NCBI GenBank assembly: GCA_045578725.1
Contig: JAZNKS010000073.1
Coordinates: 12,902-76,901, forward strand
Direction of reading: 5' to 3'
Source of the DNA: Candidatus Flemingiibacterium sp.
GTDB lineage: Bacteria; Bacillota; Clostridia; Oscillospirales; CAG-272
Length of the DNA: 64,000 nt
Made by a program: the position numbers and the translations under genes
Part shown: positions 47,468 to 57,035 of the stretch, in pieces
How the letters are laid out: every line of letters begins with the position of its first letter
Position numbering within the stretch: position 1 is the first letter of the stretch
Notes under the pieces: generated by a model
Database searches by the model: none
The model's input: only the letters and a program-made list of their open reading frames with translations
Told to the model about the DNA's origin: nothing

Positions 47468-49669
47468 TTATTCGGCCTTGAAGTGCCAGATCCGGCTCTC
47501 GCCATCCGTCCAGCTTCCGGTCAGATTCAGGCCGGCGTTCATCAGAAGCGCGCCCGAATATTTCCGGCCGCTTGCCGTATCGGTGTAGATCTTCTCCGGA
47601 TCCAGACCGCGCAGGCGGATATAGCGGGATACATGAACCTGCGTGCGCATAACCACATAGGTCAGCAGAACCTCGTTCTTATCCAGCGATACCGATTCCC
47701 ATGCGGCGGCAGATGTAATCTTCGCCTTATCCTCGGTCGGATTGATCAGGCGATAGTAATCACCGTTCTGGATCACATCGTAATACTTATGATAAGCGGC
47801 AACCTGCTCGCGGACCAGGGCACGCTCTTCATCGTTCATCTTCGTCAGATCCAGCTCGTAGCCGAAGGCACCGGCCAAAGCTACCTCGCCGCGGGTCTTG
47901 AAGCTGGTGACTCGTCCGGTCTGATGGTTCGGAACCGCCGAAACATGGGCGCTCATGGCCGAGGGCGGATAAACCATCGTTGTGCCGTACTGGATTTCCA
48001 GCCGCTCCATGGCATCCGTATCGTCCGATGTCCAGATCTGCGGGCTGTAATAGAGCATACCGGGATCAAAACGTCCGCCGCCGCCCGAGCATCCCTCCAG
48101 AAGCAGGTGCGGGAATTCGGTCAGCAGGCGCTCCAGAAGCTCATACACGCCGAGAATGTACCGGTGTGCAACCTCCTTCTGACGGCCCGCAGGGAGCAGA
48201 TCGCTTCCCACCTCGGTCAGATTGCGGTTGAAGTCCCACTTCACATATTCGATATTGGCGCTCGAAAGGATCGCCTTCATCTGCTCAAAGATATTGTCGC
48301 GGACATCCTTTCTCGACATATCCAGCACATACTGCTGGCGGCCAATCGAGCGGTCACGGCCGTTGACATGGAGGCACCAGTCGGGATGCGCGCGGTAAAG
48401 ATCGCTGTCAGGCGATACCATCTCCGGCTCAAACCAGATGCCGAACTTCACGCCCAGCGCGTTGACGCGCTCGACCAGCTTGCCAAGGCCTCCTTTGATC
48501 TTATCCTCGTTGACATACCAATCGCCCAGCGAGCAGTTGTCAATGTTGCGCACACCGAACCAGCCATCGTCCATGACCAGCATTTCGATGCCGAGATCGG
48601 CCGCATCCTTTGCAATCGCAACCAGCTTGTCATCGTCGAAATCGAAATAGGTGGCCTCCCAGTTATTGACGATAATCGGGCGCTTCTTTGTTTTCCATTC
48701 GCCGCGGCAGAGATTGTAGCGGTAGAGCTTATGGAAGGTGCGGCTCATGGTGCCTACACCGGCTCCCGAATAGACCATGACCGCCTCGGGTGCTGTGAAG
48801 CTTTCACCGGGCTCCAGATGCCAGCCGAAATCCTCGGGATTGATGCCCATCAGAAGACGGGTGGTGCGCATACAATCCACTTCGGTTTCCACCGCAAAAT
48901 TGCTGGAATAGATCAGCGAGAAGCCGTAGACCTCACCGCTTTCCTCGGTATAACCGTCGCGTGCCAGCGCCGCAAAAGGATTGTTGTTGTGGCTGGAGGA
49001 ACCGCGCTTGGAATGAATGCCCTGCAGACCGAATTCCAGATGACGGCTGACCAGCGTGCGTTCCTTGGCCCAGCGGCCCTGCAGATGGAGAAGCGTGAAA
49101 TCGCTGTCGGTGAAATCAACAGCTGTGGAATGAATCCGCTCGATGTCGAAGGGCTTGTCGGAGGTGTTCGTCACGCGAACACTGCGGGTGATCGCATCCA
49201 GGGTCCTGAAGGCGGTGTAGACAAGAACCACCTCGGCGCCGGTCAGCGAATCGGTGCAGACGATCTCCAGCGTATCGGCCTCCTCGTCGGAGGCATAGGT
49301 TGCGGGCAGGCCTTCCAGCTTCGGCTTGCCTGCATAGATTTTGTGGGATTTGTAACGGATATCGGTTGCCGAGCTTCCGTTGGCGCCGCGGATCGACAGA
49401 GCCGACACGCGGAAATCACCGGCACCGTTGGCGGGATATTCCAGCGCCGCGGTATCCAGCGACAGACCGTTCTCCTCCGGCGCGGGGACACTGGCGCTGA
49501 AGGAAGCATTGTTCAGCCGCATCCGAAGATAATCAAGATCGGTATCCGGCACATAGGCACCGTAATAGAGATGCAAAAGGAATCCGGTCGGGCTGATCTC
49601 CATCACATAGCTGGAGGAGGGTGTATCCAGCTTGAAGACACGAAGCCCGGAATCGTACAGAATCGACAT
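47468..49669 (-). CDS. Alpha-galactosidase (GH36)
   Basis: NNWEATYFDF, DDGWFG, GIWFEPEM, YVKWDFNR, CSGGGGRFD and WTSDDTD motifs. Confidence 0.95.
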   Translation of the reverse strand: MSILYDSGLRVFKLDTPSSSYVMEISPTGFLLHLYYGAYVPDTDLDYLRMRLNNASFSASVPAPEENGLSLDTAALEYPANGAGDFRVSALSIRGANGSSATDIRYKSHKIYAGKPKLEGLPATYASDEEADTLEIVCTDSLTGAEVVLVYTAFRTLDAITRSVRVTNTSDKPFDIERIHSTAVDFTDSDFTLLHLQGRWAKERTLVSRHLEFGLQGIHSKRGSSSHNNNPFAALARDGYTEESGEVYGFSLIYSSNFAVETEVDCMRTTRLLMGINPEDFGWHLEPGESFTAPEAVMVYSGAGVGTMSRTFHKLYRYNLCRGEWKTKKRPIIVNNWEATYFDFDDDKLVAIAKDAADLGIEMLVMDDGWFGVRNIDNCSLGDWYVNEDKIKGGLGKLVERVNALGVKFGIWFEPEMVSPDSDLYRAHPDWCLHVNGRDRSIGRQQYVLDMSRKDVRDNIFEQMKAILSSANIEYVKWDFNRNLTEVGSDLLPAGRQKEVAHRYILGVYELLERLLTEFPHLLLEGCSGGGGRFDPGMLYYSPQIWTSDDTDAMERLEIQYGTTMVYPPSAMSAHVSAVPNHQTGRVTSFKTRGEVALAGAFGYELDLTKMNDEERALVREQVAAYHKYYDVIQNGDYYRLINPTEDKAKITSAAAWESVSLDKNEVLLTYVVMRTQVHVSRYIRLRGLDPEKIYTDTASGRKYSGALLMNAGLNLTGSWTDGESRIWHFKAE

Positions 49670-49713
49670 AATACATTCATCCTTTCCTGGAATCGGAATC
49701 ATTTGACTCTTTC

Positions 49714-49742
49714 ATTATAGCAGAAATTCCCTTTGCGGTCAA
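49714..49742 (-). promoter_or_regulatory. SigA promoter of the GH36 gene
   Basis: TTGACC-17-TATAAT on the minus strand. Confidence 0.7.
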
Positions 49743-49811
49743 GATATTTGCAAAAAAACGCAGAATTCCAGTCTTTTTTCCGTCTGTACACAATCCGTTG
49801 GCCTCCCTGTC

Positions 49812-49840
49812 TTGATTTCGTCATAAAATACTGGTATAAT
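49812..49840 (+). promoter_or_regulatory. SigA promoter of the S8 pair
   Basis: TTGATT-17-TATAAT with extended -10 TG. Confidence 0.7.
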
Positions 49841-49890
49841 AGTAGAAGAAATCAATTTCTGCGAATTTCATGAAAGAAACGGAGTCCGAT

Positions 49891-52800
49891 ATGAAAGCGC
49901 TCATCGCCTCCCTCCTCCTGCCGGCCCTTCTCTGCCCGCCGGCCGTCGTTAATGTGAATCATCCGAATCCCGTCGAGGTGATTGTCGAGGTCGAACCGTC
50001 CGGTGAAGCCTGTCTGCCCCTGCTGGCCGGACAGCTGCCCGATGCCGGAATCGGCTACTGCTACGACCTTCTGCTCGACGGCATTCAGCTGACCCTTCCC
50101 GCCTCCCAGCTCTGGAAGCTGGAAGCCCTCTCCTTTGTCAGAGAGGTCTATCCCTGCGCCGAATACGAAAGCACCGCTGTCCAATCGGAAGTCTTCGATG
50201 CCTCCGCTTATCAAAGCGCGGCCGGGATGCTCGGCATAGATAACACGGAGCTTGACGGCTCCGGCATCACCGTTGCCATTCTCGATACCGGCTTTGACAT
50301 CACGCATCCGGCCTTTGCTGTGCCGGTCGGTCCGTTTTCGGAATCGCTCACCTTTGAGGGGCTGAAGGCTCATCTCGGAAGCCGGCTTCTGAAGGCATCC
50401 CATGCCGGCATTCTTTCGGCCGACGATCTTTATCACAGCGCGCAGATTCCGTTCTGCTTCGATTATCACGGACAGGATCCCGATCTGTCCGGGGCCTCCG
50501 TACACGGGACCCATGTGGCCGGCATCATCGGTGCCAATAAAACCGCCGACAGCGATTTTTCCGGCATCGCGCCGGGCTGTCAGCTTCTTCTGATGAAGGT
50601 CTTTGACGATGCCGGAAGCGCGGCCACCGACAGCGCCATCATCGCCGCCATCGAGGATGCCATCCGTCTGGGCGCCGACATCATCAATCTCAGCCTCGGT
50701 GACTATGCAGGCTCGGCCGATCCCGGTCAGAATATCAGCCTTTCCGCCGTAATCGAGCGTGCCCGCCAATCGGGCGTGCTGATCGTCTGCTCCGCCGGCA
50801 ACGAAAGCACCTCCTCCGCCGCCAGCCGTCTGGCCGGCGAAGGAATCCCTCTCCCGCCTGCCGATTACACCGATTACGGCACGATCAGCTATCCCGCCTC
50901 CGCCGATTATACGGTTGCCGCCGCATCGGCCGACAATATTTTTTCCTATCAGCTCCATTTCTTCGCCGCCGATCCGTCCCGCCCGATTGCTTACACCGAT
51001 ACCAATAAGGCCTCCGGCGTGCTGGAAAGCTCCTTTGCCGATCATTTTCACGGACGTACACTTGAATATGCTGTGATTCCCGGCATCGGTGAGGACGGGG
51101 ATTATAACGGAATCCAGGCTGACGGCAAGCTGGTTCTTGTAAACCGTGGAACGATTCCCTTCACCGAAAAAGCCGTCGCCGCCGCCGCGCACGGTGCCGT
51201 CGGCATGATTGTTTCTGACAACACCGACGATCCGCTCCTGAATATGGAGCTGACCGGCTCGCCCATCCCCGCAATCTTCATTTCCCGTGAGGACGGTCTG
51301 GCGCTTGCCGATGCCGCCTTGAGGCAGGTCACCTTCCGACGGGAATACAGCGTTCTTTCCAACACCGATACCGCCGGCCAGATTTCCGCCTTTTCTTCCT
51401 TTGGCCCGACTCCGTCCCTGACCCTGAAGCCGGACATCACCGCCATCGGCGGCCATGTCTGGAGTACGGTCAGCGGCGGATATGCAAGCGCTTCCGGAAC
51501 CTCCATGGCCGCCCCGCAAATTTCGGCCGCCGCCGCGCTGCTTCTGCAGGATCTCAGCCTCCGGGGAGAGATCACCGATCCGTCCCTGCGTGCCGAACAG
51601 CTTCGCATCCGGCTCATGAATGCCGCCGTTCCGATCCTGCAGGACAACGGTATTGAATATTCTCCCCGCGCGCAGGGAGCCGGCCTTCTGAATCTTGCCT
51701 CGGCGCAAAAAGATCTCCCCCGGTTGATTCACACGCCTGACAAAAAGCCAAAGGCCGAGCTGTATGACCGGCTTGGTGACAGCTTTTCGCTGTCGGTCAC
51801 ACTCCAGAATCCCACCGGCGAGCCGATGGAAACCGCACTCGGCGTTTCCCTTCTCCATGATGGCTGGCAGATGCTTACGCTCGCCGACGGAAGCAAGCGT
51901 ATCTTCGCTTCGCTGATCAGCGGAGCCGATAAGGGTGCCGTGATCCGTGCCGCCGGCTCCGGGCTGAATCTCAACCGGAACGCCGCTGATTATTCGCCGC
52001 TGTCCGTCACGCTGGCACCGGGCGAAGAAACGATTATTGAGCTGATCGTCACGCCGGATCCGGCCCTGACAAAGGAGCTGGAAGCGGTATTTCCGAACGG
52101 CTTTTATCGGGAGGGCTTTGTCTACTGCGAAACGGCCGGGCAAAGCGTGTCCCTGCCCTTTATGGGCTATGCGGGCAGATGGGATGCCGCGCCGATTCTG
52201 GACGGCAGCCTGTATGAGGATGAATTCACGCTGTTCGGAGGCATCAAGTGGGTCCTGCCGGTGAACGGTATGCTGACCCCGGCCGGTCAGACGGCTGACG
52301 GCGATCTGGATGCCGAGCTTATCGCCTTTTCTCCGAACGGGGACGGCAATGCCGATGAGCTGTATCTGATTCCCAATCTTCTGCGCAATGCGGAAAACGG
52401 AACGATCACCGTAACGGACAGCAGCGGCCGGATTGTCTGCCGGGAAGATATCGCCGCCGATTATCTGACCAAGAGCGCGGGCATGGATGCCGTTCTCCGG
52501 CTCCCCATCTTCTGGGGCGGAAGCGACGGCTTATACTGGCGCTATATTCTTCCCGACGGCCGGTATACGATCGCCGTCTCGCTGACACCGGATTATCCCG
52601 GAGCCGCTCCGCAGGTCCTCACCTTCCCCCTTCTTCTGGATACCGAAAAACCGGTCATCCGGGATATGGACTTTGATCCTGCCACCCGCCGTCTGACGCT
52701 CACGCTCCGGGATAATGCAGGCCTTTTGCAGGCGGTTCTGAAGGAAAATCAGCATCCGGACAGCTTCACAGCGACCGCTCTCTGCGATCCGTCCGATCCG

Positions 52801-52923
52801 GATACCGCCGTCACCTTCGATCTTTCCGGCTTTGAGGGAGATGTCCTCTACTGTGAACTGACCGATCTCGCCCGGAACACGCAGATTCTGCGGCTTGTAC
52901 TGTCAAAGGAGGAATTCCGGTAA
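49891..52923 (+). CDS. S8 subtilase of lactocepin/C5a-peptidase type (I9-like propeptide, PA, Fn3-like and FlgD-Ig-like domains); alternative start 49870
   Basis: Intact triad AILDTG / HGTHVAG / SGTSMAAP and oxyanion SAGN; PA domain GKLVLVNRG..FTEK; FPNG...EGFV; FSPNGDG. Confidence 0.9.
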   Translation: MKALIASLLLPALLCPPAVVNVNHPNPVEVIVEVEPSGEACLPLLAGQLPDAGIGYCYDLLLDGIQLTLPASQLWKLEALSFVREVYPCAEYESTAVQSEVFDASAYQSAAGMLGIDNTELDGSGITVAILDTGFDITHPAFAVPVGPFSESLTFEGLKAHLGSRLLKASHAGILSADDLYHSAQIPFCFDYHGQDPDLSGASVHGTHVAGIIGANKTADSDFSGIAPGCQLLLMKVFDDAGSAATDSAIIAAIEDAIRLGADIINLSLGDYAGSADPGQNISLSAVIERARQSGVLIVCSAGNESTSSAASRLAGEGIPLPPADYTDYGTISYPASADYTVAAASADNIFSYQLHFFAADPSRPIAYTDTNKASGVLESSFADHFHGRTLEYAVIPGIGEDGDYNGIQADGKLVLVNRGTIPFTEKAVAAAAHGAVGMIVSDNTDDPLLNMELTGSPIPAIFISREDGLALADAALRQVTFRREYSVLSNTDTAGQISAFSSFGPTPSLTLKPDITAIGGHVWSTVSGGYASASGTSMAAPQISAAAALLLQDLSLRGEITDPSLRAEQLRIRLMNAAVPILQDNGIEYSPRAQGAGLLNLASAQKDLPRLIHTPDKKPKAELYDRLGDSFSLSVTLQNPTGEPMETALGVSLLHDGWQMLTLADGSKRIFASLISGADKGAVIRAAGSGLNLNRNAADYSPLSVTLAPGEETIIELIVTPDPALTKELEAVFPNGFYREGFVYCETAGQSVSLPFMGYAGRWDAAPILDGSLYEDEFTLFGGIKWVLPVNGMLTPAGQTADGDLDAELIAFSPNGDGNADELYLIPNLLRNAENGTITVTDSSGRIVCREDIAADYLTKSAGMDAVLRLPIFWGGSDGLYWRYILPDGRYTIAVSLTPDYPGAAPQVLTFPLLLDTEKPVIRDMDFDPATRRLTLTLRDNAGLLQAVLKENQHPDSFTATALCDPSDPDTAVTFDLSGFEGDVLYCELTDLARNTQILRLVLSKEEFR

Positions 52924-55775
52924 TGAACGGCATCAAAAAGCTTCTCTGCTTTGCGCTGGCCCTTCTCATGCTCCCCATTCTGCCAAGCTATGCCGGCTTT
53001 GAGGGTTTCGCTCCCCCGGCAGACTATAACGGCGAAGGAATGTGCATCGCCATTCTGGATACGGGCTTTGATCTGACCCACGAAACCTTTGGCATGAGCG
53101 CCGATTCCGTCAAAATCACAAAGGAGCAGCTGCGCGCCGCCCTGCCGGAGCTGAATGCCCAGGCGGATGACGGTGCGTGGTTCAGCGAAAAAATCCCCTT
53201 TGCCTACAACTATGCCGCGATGAGCACCGATGTATCCGAAAACCCCGAGCGCGGCACCTACCTTTTGTCGGCGGCCGCCGGGAACACATCCGGCCGTGCC
53301 CCCGGCATCGCTCCCGGAGCGCAGGTTCTTGCCATGAAAATCTGTGATTCCTCGATGACGCTGGATGAGGAGATTCTGATTCTCGCCATGAAAGATGCCG
53401 CCCGCCTCGGCGCCGATGTCATCCTGCTCCCGGCTTATGAAGCCTGCGGTTTTGCCGCTGATCCGGCATCTGCTTTCTGCCGGACCGTGACCCGGCTTTG
53501 CGAGTCCGGCATCCTCGTGCTCTCCTCGGCCGGTGATACCGGCGATCCCGGTACCTCCACCGTTTATTCCCGGACGGTCGGCCTGACCGGCATGACCTCG
53601 GATCAACCGGACGGCGGCTCGATCTCTTATCCGGGCTCTTTTCCCGCTGTTTTCACAGCCGGAAGTACCGATACCAACCTTTACAGCACCAACTGCCTGC
53701 TTCTCGGCGATGCCATAATCCCATACAGCGATTCCAATGCGATGTTCGACATTCCCCCCGAGCCGCTTCCATTTGCGGATCGCTTTGAGGGGATGACCCT
53801 TTCCTATGAAGTCATCGACGGCATCGGAAAACCGGAGGATTTTCTCCGGGACGGCAAGGCTCCCGATCTTACGGGTAAGCTGGCGATGATCCCGCGCGGA
53901 GAACTGACCTTCACCGAAAAGGCATCGAATGCCGCCGCGCTCGGTGCCATCGGTGTGATTATTGTGGACAATCAGAAGAATCCCGAAGCCTCGCTCACGC
54001 TGTCCATGGATCTGACCGACTCGCCGATCCCGGCTATTCTGGTATCCGAGGCGGACGGTAAAAAGCTGACCGAAGCGGCCGTTAAGAGAATCACCGTTGA
54101 CAGCTCGCTCCGGTATACCCTGCTTCTTCAGCCGACTCCGTCGCCGTCCGCCTTCACCTCTGTCGGACCCGCGCCCGATCTCACGCTGAAACCGGATGTA
54201 TCCGTAATCGGAAGCAATGTGGAATGCGCCGCTCCTGATCAGTCCTATGCCGCTGTCACCTCCACCGATATAGCCGCGGCCCGTCTTGCCGGAATCGCCG
54301 CCTGTACAAAGCAGCGGCTTCTGGCGGAGGGCGATTCCTCCGACCCGGCCATTCTGGCCGGACGGGTGCGCGCACTGATTGCTTCCTCGGCACAGCTCAT
54401 GCTGAACGCAGACGGGAAAATCCCCTATTCGCCCCGGATTCAGGGCGGCGGTGCGGCCGATCTGTCCCGGGCGCTGGATGCCGGTCTGCTGGTCACGCTG
54501 GACAAAACATCCCTCGGTGAAATCGACGGTTCGGATCTTACGCTGACCGTCACCGTCGAGAATCTGGAGCCTGTATCCAAGACCTGTACGCTCGATGCCA
54601 TCCTCGGCTCGGATGGCTATGATACCTTCACCTACGAAATTCTCAGCGATATTGAGAGCGGCGATCAGACAATCGGTGAAATGCTCGGCAAGGCACCGTC
54701 CGATACCGTGCACTTTACTACCGGCTTCGAGCCCTTCAAAAAGGCCCGGATCATGGTCGGCGACTGCTTTTTGCAGCTGAATGCGATGGCCGACGATGCC
54801 GAGCCGTATACTTTCACGCTCAAGCCCTACAGCCGCAATACCGTCCGCATAAGTGTGGTTTTAGATTCCCAAACGCAGGCCGAATACCGGAAGGCATTCC
54901 CAAACGGCTTTTTCATCGAAGGCTTCGTCCGCGTGCGGACCGATGAGGCGGATGGCCCGGAGGAGGCCTCGGTCCCTTTCCTCGGCTTTGATGGCGATTG
55001 GAGCACCGCGCCCGCGCTGGAAACTGAGATTTATTCGGGACTTGCCCCGATCCGCGACAGCATCTACCTCTGGCGGAGCATTCTGGACCCGCGCTTTGGC
55101 GGAATACTTCTGCCCGGCCAGAATCCGTTTGCGGATCCCAGGGCGCCCGATTACCGGCCCGATGCTGCCCGCCTTACCTTCTCGCCGACCGCCGATGCAA
55201 AAAATGCATCCGTCTGGCTGAATCTCGGTCTTCTGCGCAGTTTGCGCGATCTGACGGTTTCCGTATATTCACCGGATGGAGAAGTGATTCTCCGCCGTGA
55301 AATCGGCCCGGCTATCCGGACCTATCCCGGAACCTACGGCTATGTCAGCCCGAGGATCGAATTATGGGACGGACGCTCCCCGGAACTCACATCCTACGTT
55401 TATCCCGACGGCAGTTATACCGTGGAGATCGCCTTTACCAAAGCCGCCGATCCGGAAGGCCTCCGCGAGTCAAGAAGCTGGGAGCTGATTCTTGATGGCA
55501 CGCCGCCCGTTCTCGTCGCACATTCCTTCACCGATACCGGGGATAAGAAAATGCTCTCGCTGACCACATCGGACACGAACGGGACTGCGTATATCTTTTT
55601 AAGTGACAGCAATTACGATTCGCCCGAGGAAGCAGGCATCTTTGGAGAGGACGGCACCGTGCTCTTCGATGTCAGCACCCTGACCGGCGATTACATCTAT
55701 GCGGAGATTTACGATGCCGCTATGAATTGCACGGTAGAACGGTTGGCTAATCCGTTTGCCCGCCCCGCCGGCTGA
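52923..55775 (+). CDS. S8 subtilase paralog, predicted catalytically inactive (pseudoprotease)
   Basis: Signal peptide ending SYA; AILDTG kept; HGT->RGT, SAGN->SAGD, GTSMA->STDIA; no propeptide; same downstream domains as the upstream gene. Confidence 0.85.
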   Translation: MNGIKKLLCFALALLMLPILPSYAGFEGFAPPADYNGEGMCIAILDTGFDLTHETFGMSADSVKITKEQLRAALPELNAQADDGAWFSEKIPFAYNYAAMSTDVSENPERGTYLLSAAAGNTSGRAPGIAPGAQVLAMKICDSSMTLDEEILILAMKDAARLGADVILLPAYEACGFAADPASAFCRTVTRLCESGILVLSSAGDTGDPGTSTVYSRTVGLTGMTSDQPDGGSISYPGSFPAVFTAGSTDTNLYSTNCLLLGDAIIPYSDSNAMFDIPPEPLPFADRFEGMTLSYEVIDGIGKPEDFLRDGKAPDLTGKLAMIPRGELTFTEKASNAAALGAIGVIIVDNQKNPEASLTLSMDLTDSPIPAILVSEADGKKLTEAAVKRITVDSSLRYTLLLQPTPSPSAFTSVGPAPDLTLKPDVSVIGSNVECAAPDQSYAAVTSTDIAAARLAGIAACTKQRLLAEGDSSDPAILAGRVRALIASSAQLMLNADGKIPYSPRIQGGGAADLSRALDAGLLVTLDKTSLGEIDGSDLTLTVTVENLEPVSKTCTLDAILGSDGYDTFTYEILSDIESGDQTIGEMLGKAPSDTVHFTTGFEPFKKARIMVGDCFLQLNAMADDAEPYTFTLKPYSRNTVRISVVLDSQTQAEYRKAFPNGFFIEGFVRVRTDEADGPEEASVPFLGFDGDWSTAPALETEIYSGLAPIRDSIYLWRSILDPRFGGILLPGQNPFADPRAPDYRPDAARLTFSPTADAKNASVWLNLGLLRSLRDLTVSVYSPDGEVILRREIGPAIRTYPGTYGYVSPRIELWDGRSPELTSYVYPDGSYTVEIAFTKAADPEGLRESRSWELILDGTPPVLVAHSFTDTGDKKMLSLTTSDTNGTAYIFLSDSNYDSPEEAGIFGEDGTVLFDVSTLTGDYIYAEIYDAAMNCTVERLANPFARPAG

Positions 55776-56853
55776 TCGCCTCCTGCTCCCGCCTTACCGA
55801 CAGCGCAAGAGAAAGGCAGACCGGCAGCAGAATCAGGCCGACCAGCCCGAACAGACGGCTTCCGATCACCATGGCCATCAGCGCCAGCAGGGGATGAAGC
55901 CCCATCTGCCGGCCGACAATCCGCGGCTCGAGGATATTGCGCACCACGCTGATAATCCCCCAGAGCACCAGAAGTCCGATTCCGAGCGGATAATCCGCAT
56001 ACAGAAACGAAAGAAGCGCCCAGGGGATCAGGATACCGCCGGTTCCGAGCACCGGAAGAAAATCGAACAGCGCAATGCCAAGCGCGGCCCAGAGCGGGGA
56101 ACTGACACCGAGGATCACCAGTCCCAGCGCCAGCTCCCCGTAAGTGATCAGCGCCAGCAGGGCATAGGAGCGCAGACAGCGTGCCGCTGTGACAAATCCC
56201 ATATTCCGAATCCGTTTCAGAAAAGCGACTGCCTTATCCGGCAGCCGCTTTTTGATGGCGGCCAGAATCTCCTCAAAATCCAGCGTGATGAAAAAGCTGG
56301 CCAGTACCGCAATCAGGCCCTCGATCAGAATCCGCGGGATACCGGCCGCAGCCGCCGAAAGTCGGGTCAGCACCTGCACGGACAGCTCCGACACCGCATT
56401 GCCAAGCGATGTCTTCAGCGAATCGATATAGCTCTGCAGGGCATCAAAGAATTCTCCCTCCGCGCCCATACCGAAAAAGCTCCGGACCCGATCAAGGAAG
56501 CGCTGAACCGTATCAATCAGCCATGTCAGCGTCGGCTCTACACCCGTCTGATAGATTTGGGGCAGATCCGCCATGAAATTCCCGACCAGTACGCCGAGCC
56601 GCACAACGGCAATACTCACCAGCATTCCGATGGTAGCGTAAAAAAGCAGCAAAAGGAGGATCGCCGTCGGCCGGCGGCGCAGACGGAATCGCCCCAGAAG
56701 CCAGCGCACAACCGGATTGATCAGCGATGCAGCCGCAAAGCCGATCAGAAAGGGCATCACCACAAAGATAGCATATTTGAAAAACAGATACACCATTCCG
56801 GCAATCAGAAGATACCAGACGGTGCTGACAATAAATCGAAGTTTTTTCTCCAT
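55747..56853 (-). CDS. ytvI: Sporulation integral membrane protein YtvI (AI-2E family)
   Basis: PFLIGF..A.LI.P, D.LPVLGTG.ILIPW and EPRIVG..MGLHPL motifs. Confidence 0.88.
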   Translation of the reverse strand: MEKKLRFIVSTVWYLLIAGMVYLFFKYAIFVVMPFLIGFAAASLINPVVRWLLGRFRLRRRPTAILLLLLFYATIGMLVSIAVVRLGVLVGNFMADLPQIYQTGVEPTLTWLIDTVQRFLDRVRSFFGMGAEGEFFDALQSYIDSLKTSLGNAVSELSVQVLTRLSAAAAGIPRILIEGLIAVLASFFITLDFEEILAAIKKRLPDKAVAFLKRIRNMGFVTAARCLRSYALLALITYGELALGLVILGVSSPLWAALGIALFDFLPVLGTGGILIPWALLSFLYADYPLGIGLLVLWGIISVVRNILEPRIVGRQMGLHPLLALMAMVIGSRLFGLVGLILLPVCLSLALSVRREQEAISRRGGQTD

Positions 56854-56869
56854 GACAGCCTCCTTTTTC

Positions 56870-56898
56870 ATAGTATGACCGGCCGGCTTTCCCGCTAT
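56870..56898 (-). promoter_or_regulatory. Putative SigE promoter of ytvI
   Basis: ATA-18-CATACTAT on the minus strand just upstream of AAGGAGG. Confidence 0.55.
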
Positions 56899-57035
56899 AA
56901 CAAAAATCACGTCCTCTTCACACAGCCTTCAATCAGCACCCACATACTTTTGATACTATATATATGTATCCATCGCATCAATCATCCCGGAACCGACGAC
57001 CACGACGGAATTCCGGTCAGAAAGGAAAACGCATC

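Noticed and set aside
49891-56853. S8 pair as Csp germination proteases because of neighbouring ytvI
   Set aside because: ytvI is convergent; the pair has a SigA-type promoter, hydrophobic N-termini and lactocepin architecture; Csp is kept only as an analogy
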